Position numbers and translations under genes: made by a program | Notes under the pieces: generated by a model | Seen by the model: the letters and a program-made list of their open reading frames with translations, nothing else | Told to the model about the DNA's origin: nothing | The model's database searches: none | Part shown: in pieces, positions 40,383 through 50,069 of the stretch | Numbering within the stretch: the stretch's first letter is position 1 | Layout of the letters: each line of letters starts with the position of its first letter | Source of the DNA: a virus | Taxonomy: Duplodnaviria; Heunggongvirae; Uroviricota; Caudoviricetes | DNA: 64,000 nucleotides | Strand: one strand, 5' to 3' | IMG/VR virus record: IMGVR_UViG_3300017917_002560 | Span: 74,096 to 138,095 of that record

Positions 40383-40633
40383 TCTTCAACTCCGAAATGT
40401 TTCAAAATATTGTTATGCACCCGCTTCATAATAGCATCCAGGTCATCACCATCTTCAACGCTATCTAAGCCAACTTCAGCACATTCTCGAACAATCAACT
40501 CGGCGAACTTGTCTTCCCAGGCTTTGCCGTAGCCATTGGTTTCTTCGCTAAACTGTTCGGGGATGTTCTCGTCACACCACACAGAAGCCTGGTTTTTAAG
40601 TAGTTTAATTATCTCGTTCATTTTAGAATCCAT
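40379..40633 (-). CDS. Hypothetical protein ending FGVEE
   Basis: Tandem paralogue. Confidence 0.4.
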   Translation of the reverse strand: MDSKMNEIIKLLKNQASVWCDENIPEQFSEETNGYGKAWEDKFAELIVRECAEVGLDSVEDGDDLDAIMKRVHNNILKHFGVEE

Positions 40634-40708
40634 CCTTCACAACAATTGCCAGGCCCATGATGATCGCAGGCATTAGCACGATGACAAGATTAGTGATTGC
40701 GGTCATTC
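40621..40708 (-). CDS. Possible 28-aa hydrophobic micro-protein (MTAITNLVIVLMPAIIMGLAIVVKDGF)
   Basis: Short ORF overlapping downstream start; speculative. Confidence 0.2.
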
Positions 40709-40827
40709 AATGCTCCAAATATATGCAGGGGGATATCCAGCAAGACTATTTCTTACCTGCTCATAAGTTCCATGACGCTGGAATTCTTGTGTAGAATATC
40801 CATCATAAACTTTTACCGTCCAGTTTC

Positions 40828-41028
40828 TCATTCCAATTCTCCTGTAGCATCGTTGACCCTGCCATGGTACACAGCCTTGAAACCACCTTGGGAACCTAGG
40901 TTGTATGATTCAACATACAACTCAGCCACTCGCTGGGTGTCAAACTCTTTTTCGTGCTTGACCTTATACAGGTTAGGCTCACCAAGTTCTACGGGGTGGA
41001 CTTGGACGATGTGTACATATTTTGTCAT
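40828..41028 (-). CDS. Hypothetical protein (66 aa)
   Basis: ORF downstream of promoter at 41054. Confidence 0.4.
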   Translation of the reverse strand: MTKYVHIVQVHPVELGEPNLYKVKHEKEFDTQRVAELYVESYNLGSQGGFKAVYHGRVNDATGELE

Positions 41029-41053
41029 TGCTGTTGCCCTTTGCTATGTTTCT

Positions 41054-41082
41054 ATTATAGCAAAAGAGCAAATTCAGGCCAA
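41054..41082 (-). promoter_or_regulatory. Early sigma70-like promoter TTGGCC-17-TATAAT
   Basis: Minus-strand read cgtTTGGCCtgaatttgctcttttgcTATAATag. Confidence 0.45.
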
Positions 41083-41104
41083 ACGCAAAAGTAGTACTTG
41101 AGTA

Positions 41105-41416
41105 TTACAGATTTAGATATTTTAGCTGAAACCAGCTCTGCGTAGCTTCATTGAAGAAATCCAAATGCACTTGATCTTCGTAGTAGTAGCGATGGTCCAA
41201 CTCGCTGGTCAGATCAGATGGTTTTCTTGGCACCAAGCCCTTGTGACGGCGCACAGTAAAGCCTAGCTCACGTTTGAGCTTCCAGGAAATTGCAATGCTG
41301 GGGCCATGTTCGTGAATCAACTGTTGATGAATTGCTTCCCACTCTTCGGGTCGATGAAAGATTATGAGATTGCGTTTAACGGTAACTTTCATTTCCCCCA
41401 CCTTAATGCAAACCAC
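41105..41416 (-). CDS. WFxLKW-family small protein
   Basis: C-terminus SWFQLKYLNL. Confidence 0.45.
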   Translation of the reverse strand: MVCIKVGEMKVTVKRNLIIFHRPEEWEAIHQQLIHEHGPSIAISWKLKRELGFTVRRHKGLVPRKPSDLTSELDHRYYYEDQVHLDFFNEATQSWFQLKYLNL

Positions 41417-41652
41417 ATTGCTTCTTCATCGTCTTCGAACTCAATGAACTTTTGTGTCAAATACCCAGGACTGCGATAGTAAGGTTTACGGCAGTTAGCC
41501 TCAAGCCAAGCATCAACCAAGTGGTCCTTGTAACTTCTTTGATATGCCGCCAATGTGCCGTCCGTGGTTTCACCGTAAACTACTCTGTGCAGTTTAGGAA
41601 ATTTTATTCCCGGCCAGGCATCGTTTGTTTTGTATGTTACAGTCATTTCCAC
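41389..41652 (-). CDS. WFxLKW-family small protein
   Basis: C-terminus AMWFALRWGK. Confidence 0.45.
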   Translation of the reverse strand: MEMTVTYKTNDAWPGIKFPKLHRVVYGETTDGTLAAYQRSYKDHLVDAWLEANCRKPYYRSPGYLTQKFIEFEDDEEAMWFALRWGK

Positions 41653-41894
41653 TTTAATTCAAACCACAGCGCATCTTTGGACTCGGCAAATCTGTAAACA
41701 TACCTACCAAGTTGGCGGTCTGGTCCATGGCCTGCCCAGAAACAAGTCCACGTACCGGTTCGATTATCCAAGGCGTTCCACTGCTCACCAAACGATTCAA
41801 CACACCAAGGCTTAATGGTATGTGGTTCAATGTTGCTATGGACTTTGTAGTCTAGCTGGCGTGATCGTGTGCGAACTTGAGTCACGATGCCCAC
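41643..41894 (-). CDS. WFxLKW-family small protein
   Basis: C-terminus ALWFELKWK. Confidence 0.45.
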   Translation of the reverse strand: MGIVTQVRTRSRQLDYKVHSNIEPHTIKPWCVESFGEQWNALDNRTGTWTCFWAGHGPDRQLGRYVYRFAESKDALWFELKWK

Positions 41895-42205
41895 CGCAAT
41901 GCAAACAAGGTAAGATGTTGTGGCTCTTTGAATGCAAAAGTAGTGTTGCCAAACATGCTATGCATGATCCAGATTTTGTCTTGTAATCCAGCCCACTCTT
42001 TGGGACTGGTATAACTCCAACCTCCGGGGCCAATGTTGTTTCTGCACCAACTAGCCATTTCTTCTTGTTGGTGGTATCTGTCTTTGCCAAAAGTAATTTC
42101 CATCTTGTACCAATCTTGGGCCAAATTTTCAAACAAAATTGATTGATCAATATCCTGGGCCACGCCCTGAGCCATTTTATTCAGTATGATTTTTTCTAGA
42201 TCCAT
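41882..42205 (-). CDS. WFxLKW-family small protein
   Basis: C-terminus LTLFALRWAS. Confidence 0.45.
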   Translation of the reverse strand: MDLEKIILNKMAQGVAQDIDQSILFENLAQDWYKMEITFGKDRYHQQEEMASWCRNNIGPGGWSYTSPKEWAGLQDKIWIMHSMFGNTTFAFKEPQHLTLFALRWAS

Positions 42206-42363
42206 TTCAATGAAAACACCAGAGCGTCTTGAGCCTTGCCAAAGTAGTAAACAATCTTACCGCTGGGGTCAGCTTGGTTAGTAATGTAGCTAGGACAATA
42301 TCTCTTGGCCCACGTCAGTGCAAGCCAGCAAGGATCATACGGCAATGTTACTGAAGTACTCAT
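42196..42363 (-). CDS. WFxLKW-family small protein (start trimmed to MSTSV)
   Basis: C-terminus ALVFSLKWI; ATGA overlap with upstream stop argues for 42363 start rather than 42459. Confidence 0.4.
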   Translation of the reverse strand: MSTSVTLPYDPCWLALTWAKRYCPSYITNQADPSGKIVYYFGKAQDALVFSLKWI

Positions 42364-42713
42364 ACAGTGCTCTGCGAATGACTCAGTACAAACCAGTTCA
42401 GCGTAGCTTCGTCTTTGATGTAGATGCGATATTCGTTGTATTTGATACTGTACGCCCACACTGGATTGTAATCTGTGGGTTGATCAAAACAAGGCAGGTG
42501 CCCGGCACTCAAGGCCTTGACAATGTCTAATTGTGTTTCTACGTCTTGGCTCCAGCCAAACTTTTCGTTGAACCAACGTCGACTACGATCATAATCTAGT
42601 ACGCCGGACTTTTTTGTTTGTTGCCAGTTACTGTAGCGATTGAACTCAATCATGTACGCATAGCTGGCGTGGTAGCTATGTCGTCGATCAAGTTTGGTTA
42701 TTGTGTAGTTCAT
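42360..42713 (-). CDS. Hypothetical protein (related, ends NWFVLSHSQSTV)
   Basis: ORF. Confidence 0.4.
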   Translation of the reverse strand: MNYTITKLDRRHSYHASYAYMIEFNRYSNWQQTKKSGVLDYDRSRRWFNEKFGWSQDVETQLDIVKALSAGHLPCFDQPTDYNPVWAYSIKYNEYRIYIKDEATLNWFVLSHSQSTV

Positions 42714-43047
42714 ATCGCCTCGCTGACTGTAAATGATATTTCATGGCTGCTCCAGAAAAGAATCGATCATCAGCATCAAACCTAACACCATTTAAGAAAA
42801 AAGTTTTCAAAACAATGTCGCCGTTCCATGACTGTCGACTGCACTGAATATATCCTTGCTCTTCAAGTTGATTGCGCAGGGCTTTGAATTCTTTGCAGTC
42901 GTCTGACCCAATGCTTCTACAATTGCCTTTGCCACGAAGCACCTCCAATAAATCTTCAGAGGTAACAGTGTGTTTTCTCAAGTAACTGTTCCACTCTCGA
43001 TGCACTGTTGGGTGCCATTCTAGAGTTTCGTCAAGTTCAAATATCAT
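42688..43047 (-). CDS. Hypothetical protein
   Basis: ORF. Confidence 0.4.
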   Translation of the reverse strand: MIFELDETLEWHPTVHREWNSYLRKHTVTSEDLLEVLRGKGNCRSIGSDDCKEFKALRNQLEEQGYIQCSRQSWNGDIVLKTFFLNGVRFDADDRFFSGAAMKYHLQSARRYELHNNQT

Positions 43048-43060
43048 AGTTTAAAAAGGC

Positions 43061-43110
43061 GGGAGGGCAGTGCGAACACAGCCCTGTGATTCGTAGCCCA
43101 CTGCCCTCCC
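43061..43110 (-). terminator. Intrinsic terminator for minus strand (12-bp GC-rich stem gggagggcagtg...cactgccctccc)
   Basis: Hairpin immediately after MoxR stop; on minus strand followed by GCCUUUUUAAAC. Confidence 0.6.
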
Positions 43111-43116
43111 TAACTG

Positions 43117-44205
43117 TTAGCTGGCCGAAGCCTGCAGGATGTACTTGCCAAAACGCTGATGGAACTCATCAAAGTTCTTCATCTTGGTGGGCAGGAAAGG
43201 AAGACCGTAAGTAGTCAGCGCAATCCGAGCACCCATCACAGTGAGCTCAGTTTCAAAGTTCTTCATCATGTAGCCCAGGAAGTTGTCAGCCATTTCGTGG
43301 AACTGTTTGTCCGGTACTTTGGCTTCCACAGCAGCCTTGAGCTCGTAGCACATGCTGATAACCAGCGAGTACATGGCACTGACTTCTTTGACGTCAAGAT
43401 CCTTGACCTTGCCCGACAGGATGTCAGCCGGGTTAGGCATACGACCTGCAATCTTGCGGTGAGCCATAAACTTCACAGCCAAGCCTTCGCCAACAGTACC
43501 TGCAATCAGGTTCATGATAGTGTCGTCATCACCGTCTTCGTCTTCCAAGAGTTGGCTAACGAATGTCCAGCTACGTGGAGTAGCAAATGCACGGCTCGCA
43601 GATTTAGCGTCAAAGTCGTACAGGTCTTGCTTGGCAAAACTCAAGTAACCCACAACGTCTTTGTGGATTTGGTTCTGCACTGCCCATTCTTGCCAGCTTG
43701 GAAAGTCCACACGCATTTCTTGGTGAACAAAACGGTTTGCCAGCGGAGTAGGCATACGGAACGTAACACCTTTGTCGCTTTCACGGTTACCTGCGGCAAC
43801 CATAACAACGTTCTCGGGCAAGTGATACTTACCGATTCGGCGGTTCAGGATCAGCTGGTAGGCAGCCGATTGCACCGAGGCAGGGGCCGAGTTCATTTCA
43901 TCCAGGAACAGCACCACGATAGGATACTGAGCGGCAGTTTCTTCATCGGGCAAGTCCACAGGGGCGGCCCAATCCATCTTGCCATTGTCCTTGTTGTAGA
44001 ACGGGATACCACGAATGTCAGTGGGCTCCATTTGACCCAGTCGCAGGTCATACATGATACCACCAAGTTCTTGAGTGATACCCTCCACAAGTTCACTCTT
44101 GCCAATGCCGGGAGGACCCCACAAGAACAGAGGGCGTTGTTTGCGGAAAGCTTTGAGAATACTTTTACGAGCTTGCGTAGAAGTTACGGTACGTGCGTCT
44201 GACAT
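43117..44205 (-). CDS. MoxR-family AAA+ ATPase
   Basis: Walker A LWGPPGIGKS, Walker B VLFLDEMN; length typical. Confidence 0.8.
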   Translation of the reverse strand: MSDARTVTSTQARKSILKAFRKQRPLFLWGPPGIGKSELVEGITQELGGIMYDLRLGQMEPTDIRGIPFYNKDNGKMDWAAPVDLPDEETAAQYPIVVLFLDEMNSAPASVQSAAYQLILNRRIGKYHLPENVVMVAAGNRESDKGVTFRMPTPLANRFVHQEMRVDFPSWQEWAVQNQIHKDVVGYLSFAKQDLYDFDAKSASRAFATPRSWTFVSQLLEDEDGDDDTIMNLIAGTVGEGLAVKFMAHRKIAGRMPNPADILSGKVKDLDVKEVSAMYSLVISMCYELKAAVEAKVPDKQFHEMADNFLGYMMKNFETELTVMGARIALTTYGLPFLPTKMKNFDEFHQRFGKYILQASAS

Positions 44206-44255
44206 GGGCTGTGTTCCTTTAAAAAGTCAGTGTTGAAAAATTGCGTTATGTATGT

Positions 44256-44284
44256 ATTGTAAGCGATTGTGATTTAATGGTCAA
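44256..44284 (-). promoter_or_regulatory. Early sigma70-like promoter TTGACC-17-TACAAT
   Basis: Minus-strand read cgtggTTGACCattaaatcacaatcgctTACAATac. Confidence 0.55.
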
Positions 44285-44290
44285 CCACGA

Positions 44291-44551
44291 TCAGTCAAGC
44301 AAAACAAAGTATTCTTCCGGATAGTTGCGGCTGAACCAATCCAGACCTGCTTGGACAGTTTTGTAGTCGCCCAGCATCTCGGCACCTTTGATGACATCGT
44401 ACACTGCCACGGCTTCCGGGGTAAGAGTACACGTTTCACCTGAGTACGGATTCTGCACTTGCACTGGCCCTTGATCCAGTACTTCTACATCAAACGGTAA
44501 CTTCATTGTTGACCTCATGTTGTTTACTATAACTCTATTATAGCAAAACAC
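44291..44551 (-). CDS. Hypothetical protein (86 aa)
   Basis: ORF. Confidence 0.45.
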   Translation of the reverse strand: MFCYNRVIVNNMRSTMKLPFDVEVLDQGPVQVQNPYSGETCTLTPEAVAVYDVIKGAEMLGDYKTVQAGLDWFSRNYPEEYFVLLD

Positions 44552-44565
44552 GAATAATTGGTCAA
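44537..44565 (-). promoter_or_regulatory. Early sigma70-like promoter TTGACC-17-TATAAT
   Basis: cggTTGACCaattattcgtgttttgcTATAATag. Confidence 0.6.
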
Positions 44566-44570
44566 CCGCG

Positions 44571-45248
44571 CTAGGACAGCGTGGAATGCCGGTAGATGCG
44601 AGTCATGTGCCGACTCAGTGACACTTTTTCGCCGGGCAGTACATTGCGAGCAACATGCAAACAAGGGCCAATATTGGCGCCATCGCCAATGGTAATATCA
44701 TTATCATCACCTACCACGGTTGACGACATACTGATATAAACATCAGCGCCAACTTGTGCATGAATTAAAACTTGTCGTTGTAAAACTGAATTCTCACCAA
44801 TGAAATTATGATGCCCAACAGTACAGTTTCCCCATATAGTAACAAAATCTTTAATGGTAGTATATGGCTCAACATTTACACCTGGGCCAATAAAAATATT
44901 AGTACCTAAATCAGCAAATTTACTTACATAACTCTTGGGATCTATTAAGTTAATGCACGGTAGATTATGTTTTCGAACCAATTCAATAAACATTTTTCTT
45001 TTGGGAATATCGCGTCCTGCTTTGGGATTCCAATTAACACCTACAAAAAAAACATAATCCTGGTATTTCCCAGGATCAGTATTGAAAATTTCTTGAGAAT
45101 CCAATAAAGGAAGGCCTGCGAACGAGTCTCGGTTACCAAACCAATCGCCGTCAATAATTCCAGCAATAGGTTGTTCTTGACGTTCGCATGCCTCAATGTG
45201 ACGTTCCAGTACGCCGTTGGTTCCTAGAAAGATCAACTTCTTCATCAC
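44571..45248 (-). CDS. NeuD/PglD-like sugar N/O-acetyltransferase (hexapeptide-repeat left-handed beta-helix)
   Basis: N-terminal Rossmann-like KLIFLGTNG...AGIIDGD plus C-terminal hexapeptide repeats (IGPGVNV...IWGNCTVG...IGENSVL...VGADVYI). Confidence 0.6.
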   Translation of the reverse strand: MMKKLIFLGTNGVLERHIEACERQEQPIAGIIDGDWFGNRDSFAGLPLLDSQEIFNTDPGKYQDYVFFVGVNWNPKAGRDIPKRKMFIELVRKHNLPCINLIDPKSYVSKFADLGTNIFIGPGVNVEPYTTIKDFVTIWGNCTVGHHNFIGENSVLQRQVLIHAQVGADVYISMSSTVVGDDNDITIGDGANIGPCLHVARNVLPGEKVSLSRHMTRIYRHSTLS

Positions 45249-45850
45249 ATTGTGGGTCCGTTGCCATTCTTGAAACCAACAGTGCCGCCTTCTGCTTCAA
45301 TGCGCTTTAACACATCTTCAAACAAGATAGGCGCAAAGTCCGGTGTTTGTTCCACGCATACACAGTGGTAGCGAGTGTCAATTTCGTCACCGTACAACAC
45401 AGCGCCAGTTCTGGCATCCACACCACGTGCCCGCTTGACACGACTGGCGTGCAAGTGACCATGGATGTTGACACCAAAGCGGCCCAAGCTGGCTTCATGC
45501 ACTGGGATGTGACTCAAGATCATACCGTTCATGACATGGTATGCACGTAATTCACGAAAGTACTGACTGTACTCAGTGTCACGGAAAATGTCATGGTTAC
45601 CACGGATCAACACCTTGTCGCCGTTTAATCTCCGCAATGTGCCCAAGGCCTTGCGGTTGATCACAACATCTCCCAAATGGTACACTTTGTCTGTGGGACG
45701 AACACGTTCGTTCCAAGCCTTGATCATGGCTTCGTCCATTTCCTCGGGATCGTCCCACGGGCGTAACTTAGTAAAGCCATCTTCACGCATAAAGCGACAC
45801 ACTCCGGCATGTCCAAAGTGCGTGTCGCTAACTAACCAAACTGCTGGCAT
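45245..45850 (-). CDS. Calcineurin-like metallophosphoesterase
   Basis: VSDTHFGH, GDVV, GNHD motifs. Confidence 0.65.
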   Translation of the reverse strand: MPAVWLVSDTHFGHAGVCRFMREDGFTKLRPWDDPEEMDEAMIKAWNERVRPTDKVYHLGDVVINRKALGTLRRLNGDKVLIRGNHDIFRDTEYSQYFRELRAYHVMNGMILSHIPVHEASLGRFGVNIHGHLHASRVKRARGVDARTGAVLYGDEIDTRYHCVCVEQTPDFAPILFEDVLKRIEAEGGTVGFKNGNGPTM

Positions 45851-45860
45851 AATTGCCTCC

Positions 45861-46028
45861 TTAATGTACTGGTGCGGTTTCTGTTACTTCGCACTCGATG
45901 ACCCAGTTCTTGAACTGAGTATATTTGTCTACATCTACACCCAAACCCACTGCTTCATTTACAAAATGTTGCAGTAGAACATTGTAAAGTTCATCGGGCA
46001 TAGTTTCCTTATCAAAACGAATTTTCAC
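45861..46028 (-). CDS. Possible small protein (GTG start, AGGAGA RBS)
   Basis: ORF VKIRFDKETMPDELYNVLLQHF...; not in ORF track. Confidence 0.3.
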   Translation of the reverse strand: MKIRFDKETMPDELYNVLLQHFVNEAVGLGVDVDKYTQFKNWVIECEVTETAPVH

Positions 46029-46037
46029 GATCTCTCC

Positions 46038-46433
46038 TTAAAACCACACAGGTTCAACAGCACGTTTGCCTTGCAATGTCATCCAAGTTTCTTGCTTGGT
46101 GTCATACACTAGGCCACACTCTTGTAACACAGCCCTACGAGCTTCACTGCTCATACCACACCACTTTTCAACAGCTTCGTAACTGCCATAAGCTTGGTGC
46201 GGCATAGCATCTCTGATCCAGCCACTCAGCGCCTTGAATGCCTGGACAGTATTGACAGGGTGACTGCGTTGCATAGCCATGTAAAAATCATTGGCCAATA
46301 CAGACGTAAAACAACTGCCAGGCTCGTAACCATACACCAGGTAATTGTAAAAAGCATCAGCGAAATCTTTTGGAACGTCCCAGTGGTGTAAGGTTGTCAT
46401 AATACGAGCACGACTGTATTTTGACAGTTCCAT
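46038..46433 (-). CDS. Hypothetical protein (131 aa)
   Basis: ORF. Confidence 0.45.
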   Translation of the reverse strand: MELSKYSRARIMTTLHHWDVPKDFADAFYNYLVYGYEPGSCFTSVLANDFYMAMQRSHPVNTVQAFKALSGWIRDAMPHQAYGSYEAVEKWCGMSSEARRAVLQECGLVYDTKQETWMTLQGKRAVEPVWF

Positions 46434-46921
46434 TAGATATCCCCTTCGTAGTTCTTGGGAACAATAATACCACTGTCTAATACCACACCGTTAATAGTAT
46501 GAGGTTCGTTCTCGTCGTATGTCCAGCCCAAGACTTTCATCATCTTGTGCTTGACCATCAAGTTGGGACTACGATATGCTTCAGCATCTTGGAATCCCAT
46601 CATAACACCAACTTCGGCTACTGCACCACTGCGGCATACGCCAGCAACACAGTGAACAACCACATCCATGCGATTGTCTTTTGCATGCTGGAGCAAGCGA
46701 ACAAGTTCAGCGGCCTGCTCATCAGTGACTTTGAATTCCTCACCCCAAGGATCATTTTCTTCAAGGTCAAGAAACTCAAACTGATGCACTTCTTTGAACT
46801 TGTGCCTGGGAGTAGGAAACTCCATGGCCGGGTCCACAATTTGGATCAGCATGGAATTCTCGTCCACACGAATGTGATGTCCTTTGGGGATATCAGCCAG
46901 CGATACGTTTTGAATCCACAT
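46433..46921 (-). CDS. Dual-specificity/tyrosine protein phosphatase-like protein
   Basis: P-loop VVHCVAGVCRSGAV (HCxxGxxRS). Confidence 0.6.
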   Translation of the reverse strand: MWIQNVSLADIPKGHHIRVDENSMLIQIVDPAMEFPTPRHKFKEVHQFEFLDLEENDPWGEEFKVTDEQAAELVRLLQHAKDNRMDVVVHCVAGVCRSGAVAEVGVMMGFQDAEAYRSPNLMVKHKMMKVLGWTYDENEPHTINGVVLDSGIIVPKNYEGDI

Positions 46922-46940
46922 CTTATTCTCCTAATGTTAT

Positions 46941-46969
46941 ATTATAGCATCAGGAGAATAATTGGTCAA
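46941..46969 (-). promoter_or_regulatory. Early sigma70-like promoter TTGACC-17-TATAAT
   Basis: ggTTGACCaattattctcctgatgcTATAATat. Confidence 0.6.
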
Positions 46970-46971
46970 CC

Positions 46972-48261
46972 TTAGTATCTGTATGTGTCGGGTTTGTATG
47001 GCCCGTCAACATTAACACTAATGTATGCGGCTTGTTCTGGGGTAAGAGTTGTGAGTTTTGCACCTACTTGAGCCAAGTGTAATCTAGCCACTTGCTCGTC
47101 AATGTGCTTGGGCAACAGATACAATTTGCCATCCTCATAACGGTCAGGATTGTTGTACAATTCAATCTGTGCCAATACTTGGTTGGTAAAACTGTTTGAC
47201 ATCACATAGCTGGGGTGTCCTGTGGCACAGCCCAGGTTTACCAATCTACCTTTGGCCAGCACAATAATCTTGGTGCCATTGCTGAGTGTGACATGATCCA
47301 CTAGCGGCTTGATCTCGTCCCAGTGGCAGTCTTTTAAGCCAGCAATGTCAATTTCGCTGTCAAAGTGACCAATGTTACACACAATGGCATTGTTTTTCAT
47401 TTGCAACATATGGTAGTGAGTGATAACATCAATGTTGCCTGTGGCAGTGACAAAGATATCGGCTTCACGACATGCTTCGTCCATTGTGACAACACGGTAT
47501 CCTTCCATGGCGGCTTGTAGAGCACAGATTGGATCAACTTCAGTAATCCAGACTTGCGCACTCAACGCACGTAGGGCTTGAGCAGAGCCTTTGCCCACAT
47601 CGCCATACCCGCACACCACAGCAATCTTGCCAGCAATCATAACATCAGTAGCACGTTTAATAGCGTCCACTAAGCTTTCTCTGCAACCGTACAAGTTATC
47701 AAACTTGCTCTTGGTAACTGAGTCGTTGACGTTGATAGCAGGCATTTTGAGGGTGCCGGCAGCTACACGTTCCAAGAGCTTGTGAATTCCTGTTGTAGTT
47801 TCTTCTGTTACACCAATAATGTCCGGTAGTAGATCTGGCCTGCGATCATGCACGTATGCAGTTAAATCATGCCCGTCGTCCAGCAACATGTTGGGGCGCC
47901 AACCATTAGCACCTTCCAGCGTTTGTTCAATACACCACCAGTATTCTTCTTCTGTTTCCCCCTTCCATGCAAACACAGGAATACCACGAGCGGCAAGTGC
48001 AGCCGCGGCATGATCTTGTGTAGAGAAAATGTTACAGCTTGACCAACGCACCTGGGCACCTAGGTCAATCAAAGTTTCTACTAGTACAGCAGTTTGAATA
48101 GTCATGTGCAAACTGCCGGCAATCCGAGCGCCTGCCAAGGGCTTCTGTCCAGCATACTCACGACGTACTGCCATGAGCCCAGGCATTTCACTTTCTGCAA
48201 TTAAAATTTCTTTGCGGCCCCAATCGGCCAGGGTAATATCTGCTACTTTATAATCACTCAT
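46972..48261 (-). CDS. ahcY: S-adenosyl-L-homocysteine hydrolase
   Basis: [19 protein letters not shown] start, NAD-binding [15 protein letters not shown], conserved HxTxQTAVLIETL-like block; ORF track start at 48375 lacks homology so start set at 48261. Confidence 0.8.
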   Translation of the reverse strand: MSDYKVADITLADWGRKEILIAESEMPGLMAVRREYAGQKPLAGARIAGSLHMTIQTAVLVETLIDLGAQVRWSSCNIFSTQDHAAAALAARGIPVFAWKGETEEEYWWCIEQTLEGANGWRPNMLLDDGHDLTAYVHDRRPDLLPDIIGVTEETTTGIHKLLERVAAGTLKMPAINVNDSVTKSKFDNLYGCRESLVDAIKRATDVMIAGKIAVVCGYGDVGKGSAQALRALSAQVWITEVDPICALQAAMEGYRVVTMDEACREADIFVTATGNIDVITHYHMLQMKNNAIVCNIGHFDSEIDIAGLKDCHWDEIKPLVDHVTLSNGTKIIVLAKGRLVNLGCATGHPSYVMSNSFTNQVLAQIELYNNPDRYEDGKLYLLPKHIDEQVARLHLAQVGAKLTTLTPEQAAYISVNVDGPYKPDTYRY

Positions 48262-48508
48262 TATCGGTCCATTTTTTAGTTTGGTCAAATCGTCGTTCTT
48301 GCATGGTGCGCTCTTTAAAGAATTTTCTAGGGTTGCCACACATTGCGCAATTTGAATCACCACATGTAGTGGCATGAATTTTACTTAGCCTATGTTCTGG
48401 GCCAGTGGGAAATCCGTGTGCTTTGGCAATACGTTTTTGCTTTTTTATTGCGGCTTCCTCGCGAAGAAGTCGGCGGCTGTGTTTAAAACGTTCAACTTGA
48501 TTGCTCAT
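48254..48508 (-). CDS. Hypothetical basic protein with [14 protein letters not shown] Cys cluster
   Basis: ORF downstream of promoter 48529. Confidence 0.45.
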   Translation of the reverse strand: MSNQVERFKHSRRLLREEAAIKKQKRIAKAHGFPTGPEHRLSKIHATTCGDSNCAMCGNPRKFFKERTMQERRFDQTKKWTDNE

Positions 48509-48528
48509 GATTGCTCCTTGCTTGTTAC

Positions 48529-48557
48529 ATTATATAGTAGCCAATAACTCAATGCAA
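48529..48557 (-). promoter_or_regulatory. Possible sigma70-like promoter TTGCAT-17-TATAAT
   Basis: gcagTTGCATtgagttattggctactaTATAATgt. Confidence 0.4.
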
Positions 48558-48609
48558 CTGCAAACGGCCATGAAAAAGGCCACCCTACAGTGGCCTAAAT
48601 TCAAATAAA

Positions 48610-49125
48610 TCAGTTGTTTAGCACTTTGCTTACACTGTTGATCACTGCGGCAATGCGTCCAATATCACGCAATTGCTCTACTGAATAACCTTCTTGCTTC
48701 AGTGTGTCGTAGTGTGCTTTTACGCAGAAGTGACACTTGCCAATGATACTGGCAGCCAAACTGTAGGCTTCAAAACGAGCCTTGGTTGTACCACCATGGC
48801 TTGCAATAGCGTTCATGCGCAACTGTGCCGGCAAGCCTTTGAGACTTTCGTCGTTGGCCATTTCGACGTATGGATACCAAACGTTGTTTTGGGCCATAAT
48901 GCTTGCGGCTGTCAAGGCCGCATCAGCTTCTTTGCGATCTGCAATTACACTGTGTACCCAAGTCCAAAACTTGGTATTACCTGTAGCAAATGCGGCCGCA
49001 ACTGCAATAGCTTCGGCTTCCTCCACTGGCAGTGTGCTACGCTTGATCACTGCATCAATATTGAGCTTGGTGTCCTTGGCGTAGTCAGGGATTGTTTCCT
49101 TGAGTTGATCTACCCATGCAGTCAT
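48610..49125 (-). CDS. Carboxymuconolactone decarboxylase/AhpD-like protein (CxxH motif GKCHFCVKAH)
   Basis: AhpD-core-like length and CxxH. Confidence 0.55.
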   Translation of the reverse strand: MTAWVDQLKETIPDYAKDTKLNIDAVIKRSTLPVEEAEAIAVAAAFATGNTKFWTWVHSVIADRKEADAALTAASIMAQNNVWYPYVEMANDESLKGLPAQLRMNAIASHGGTTKARFEAYSLAASIIGKCHFCVKAHYDTLKQEGYSVEQLRDIGRIAAVINSVSKVLNN

Positions 49126-49195
49126 TTCTTATCTCCTTGTGTGTTACAAGATGGGCAATGCCATCTTTTCAAATACCAAAATTGTTCTTGATAAT

Positions 49196-49606
49196 TCATT
49201 TTGTTTGCTCCGATATTGATCTGTACCCTTTGTGTGTTGGGTGAACGCTGTCAGGGCTGAGTGCATGACTTCTTGAGTCAATCACTATGTCATTGTACTT
49301 TTTTGCAACTTGTTGAACATCGTCTCTTTTTATGTCCTTGATAGCTGGCAAGATCCAATACACACGATCAGCTTTTACCAACTGTCTTAATGTATCCAGC
49401 TCTTCGTAAGTATTAATTTTTTGAGAATCGTTAGAGCCTAAACTAATGATCACATGCTTGGCTTGTGTGTTGCCCTGAGTATGCAATACATGCCTATTCA
49501 CATAGTCATAGCTGTTGATTCCGCTCTTGGCTCGAGTCACACATTCTGTACGAACTTGACCGATACCAACTGCAAGGCTGTCGCCTAGAATCAAACAATC
49601 TAACAT
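49196..49606 (-). CDS. GDSL/SGNH-family hydrolase-like protein
   Basis: N-terminal LILGDSLAVG (GDSL block I), SLGSND later. Confidence 0.5.
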   Translation of the reverse strand: MLDCLILGDSLAVGIGQVRTECVTRAKSGINSYDYVNRHVLHTQGNTQAKHVIISLGSNDSQKINTYEELDTLRQLVKADRVYWILPAIKDIKRDDVQQVAKKYNDIVIDSRSHALSPDSVHPTHKGYRSISEQTK

Positions 49607-49739
49607 GTCATCCCCAAAAAATCTTATACAAAATGATACACTGTAACGTAATAATTACAACTGGTGCAATGCTTCTTAGCAATTCGAGACGATAATGATA
49701 CTGCCTTATTTTTTTCTCAAATTCCTTGCCAGTCATTGA

Positions 49740-50069
49740 TTACTTGCTCCTTGCATATTCTTGAAGCCACTCTATGTTTAGAGTTAGCGGGCGCCCAATC
49801 CATCTTGCACCTTCGGTGTGATCACGCACATCATCGCCTGTGTCTTCATGTAATAGGATATGAAGTTTAGCTTTGTATAACAAGGTTTCAACTTCTTCTG
49901 CAATACTGCTATTGTAGTTTACCTGATACATGGCATAAGGATGAGGTCCAACGGGTTCTTCGTGTATTGAACCTACTTTACACCCCATCTCTCTAAGAGG
50001 CTCTCGTAGGTGCAATGCTTCAAACCTCTGAGCTTCATTCTGCCAGTAGATGTGTGCGTGATAGCGCAT
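49740..50069 (-). CDS. DOPA 4,5-dioxygenase (YgiD)-family-like protein
   Basis: ~110 aa with N-terminal YHAHIYW; weak, by resemblance only. Confidence 0.35.
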   Translation of the reverse strand: MRYHAHIYWQNEAQRFEALHLREPLREMGCKVGSIHEEPVGPHPYAMYQVNYNSSIAEEVETLLYKAKLHILLHEDTGDDVRDHTEGARWIGRPLTLNIEWLQEYARSK

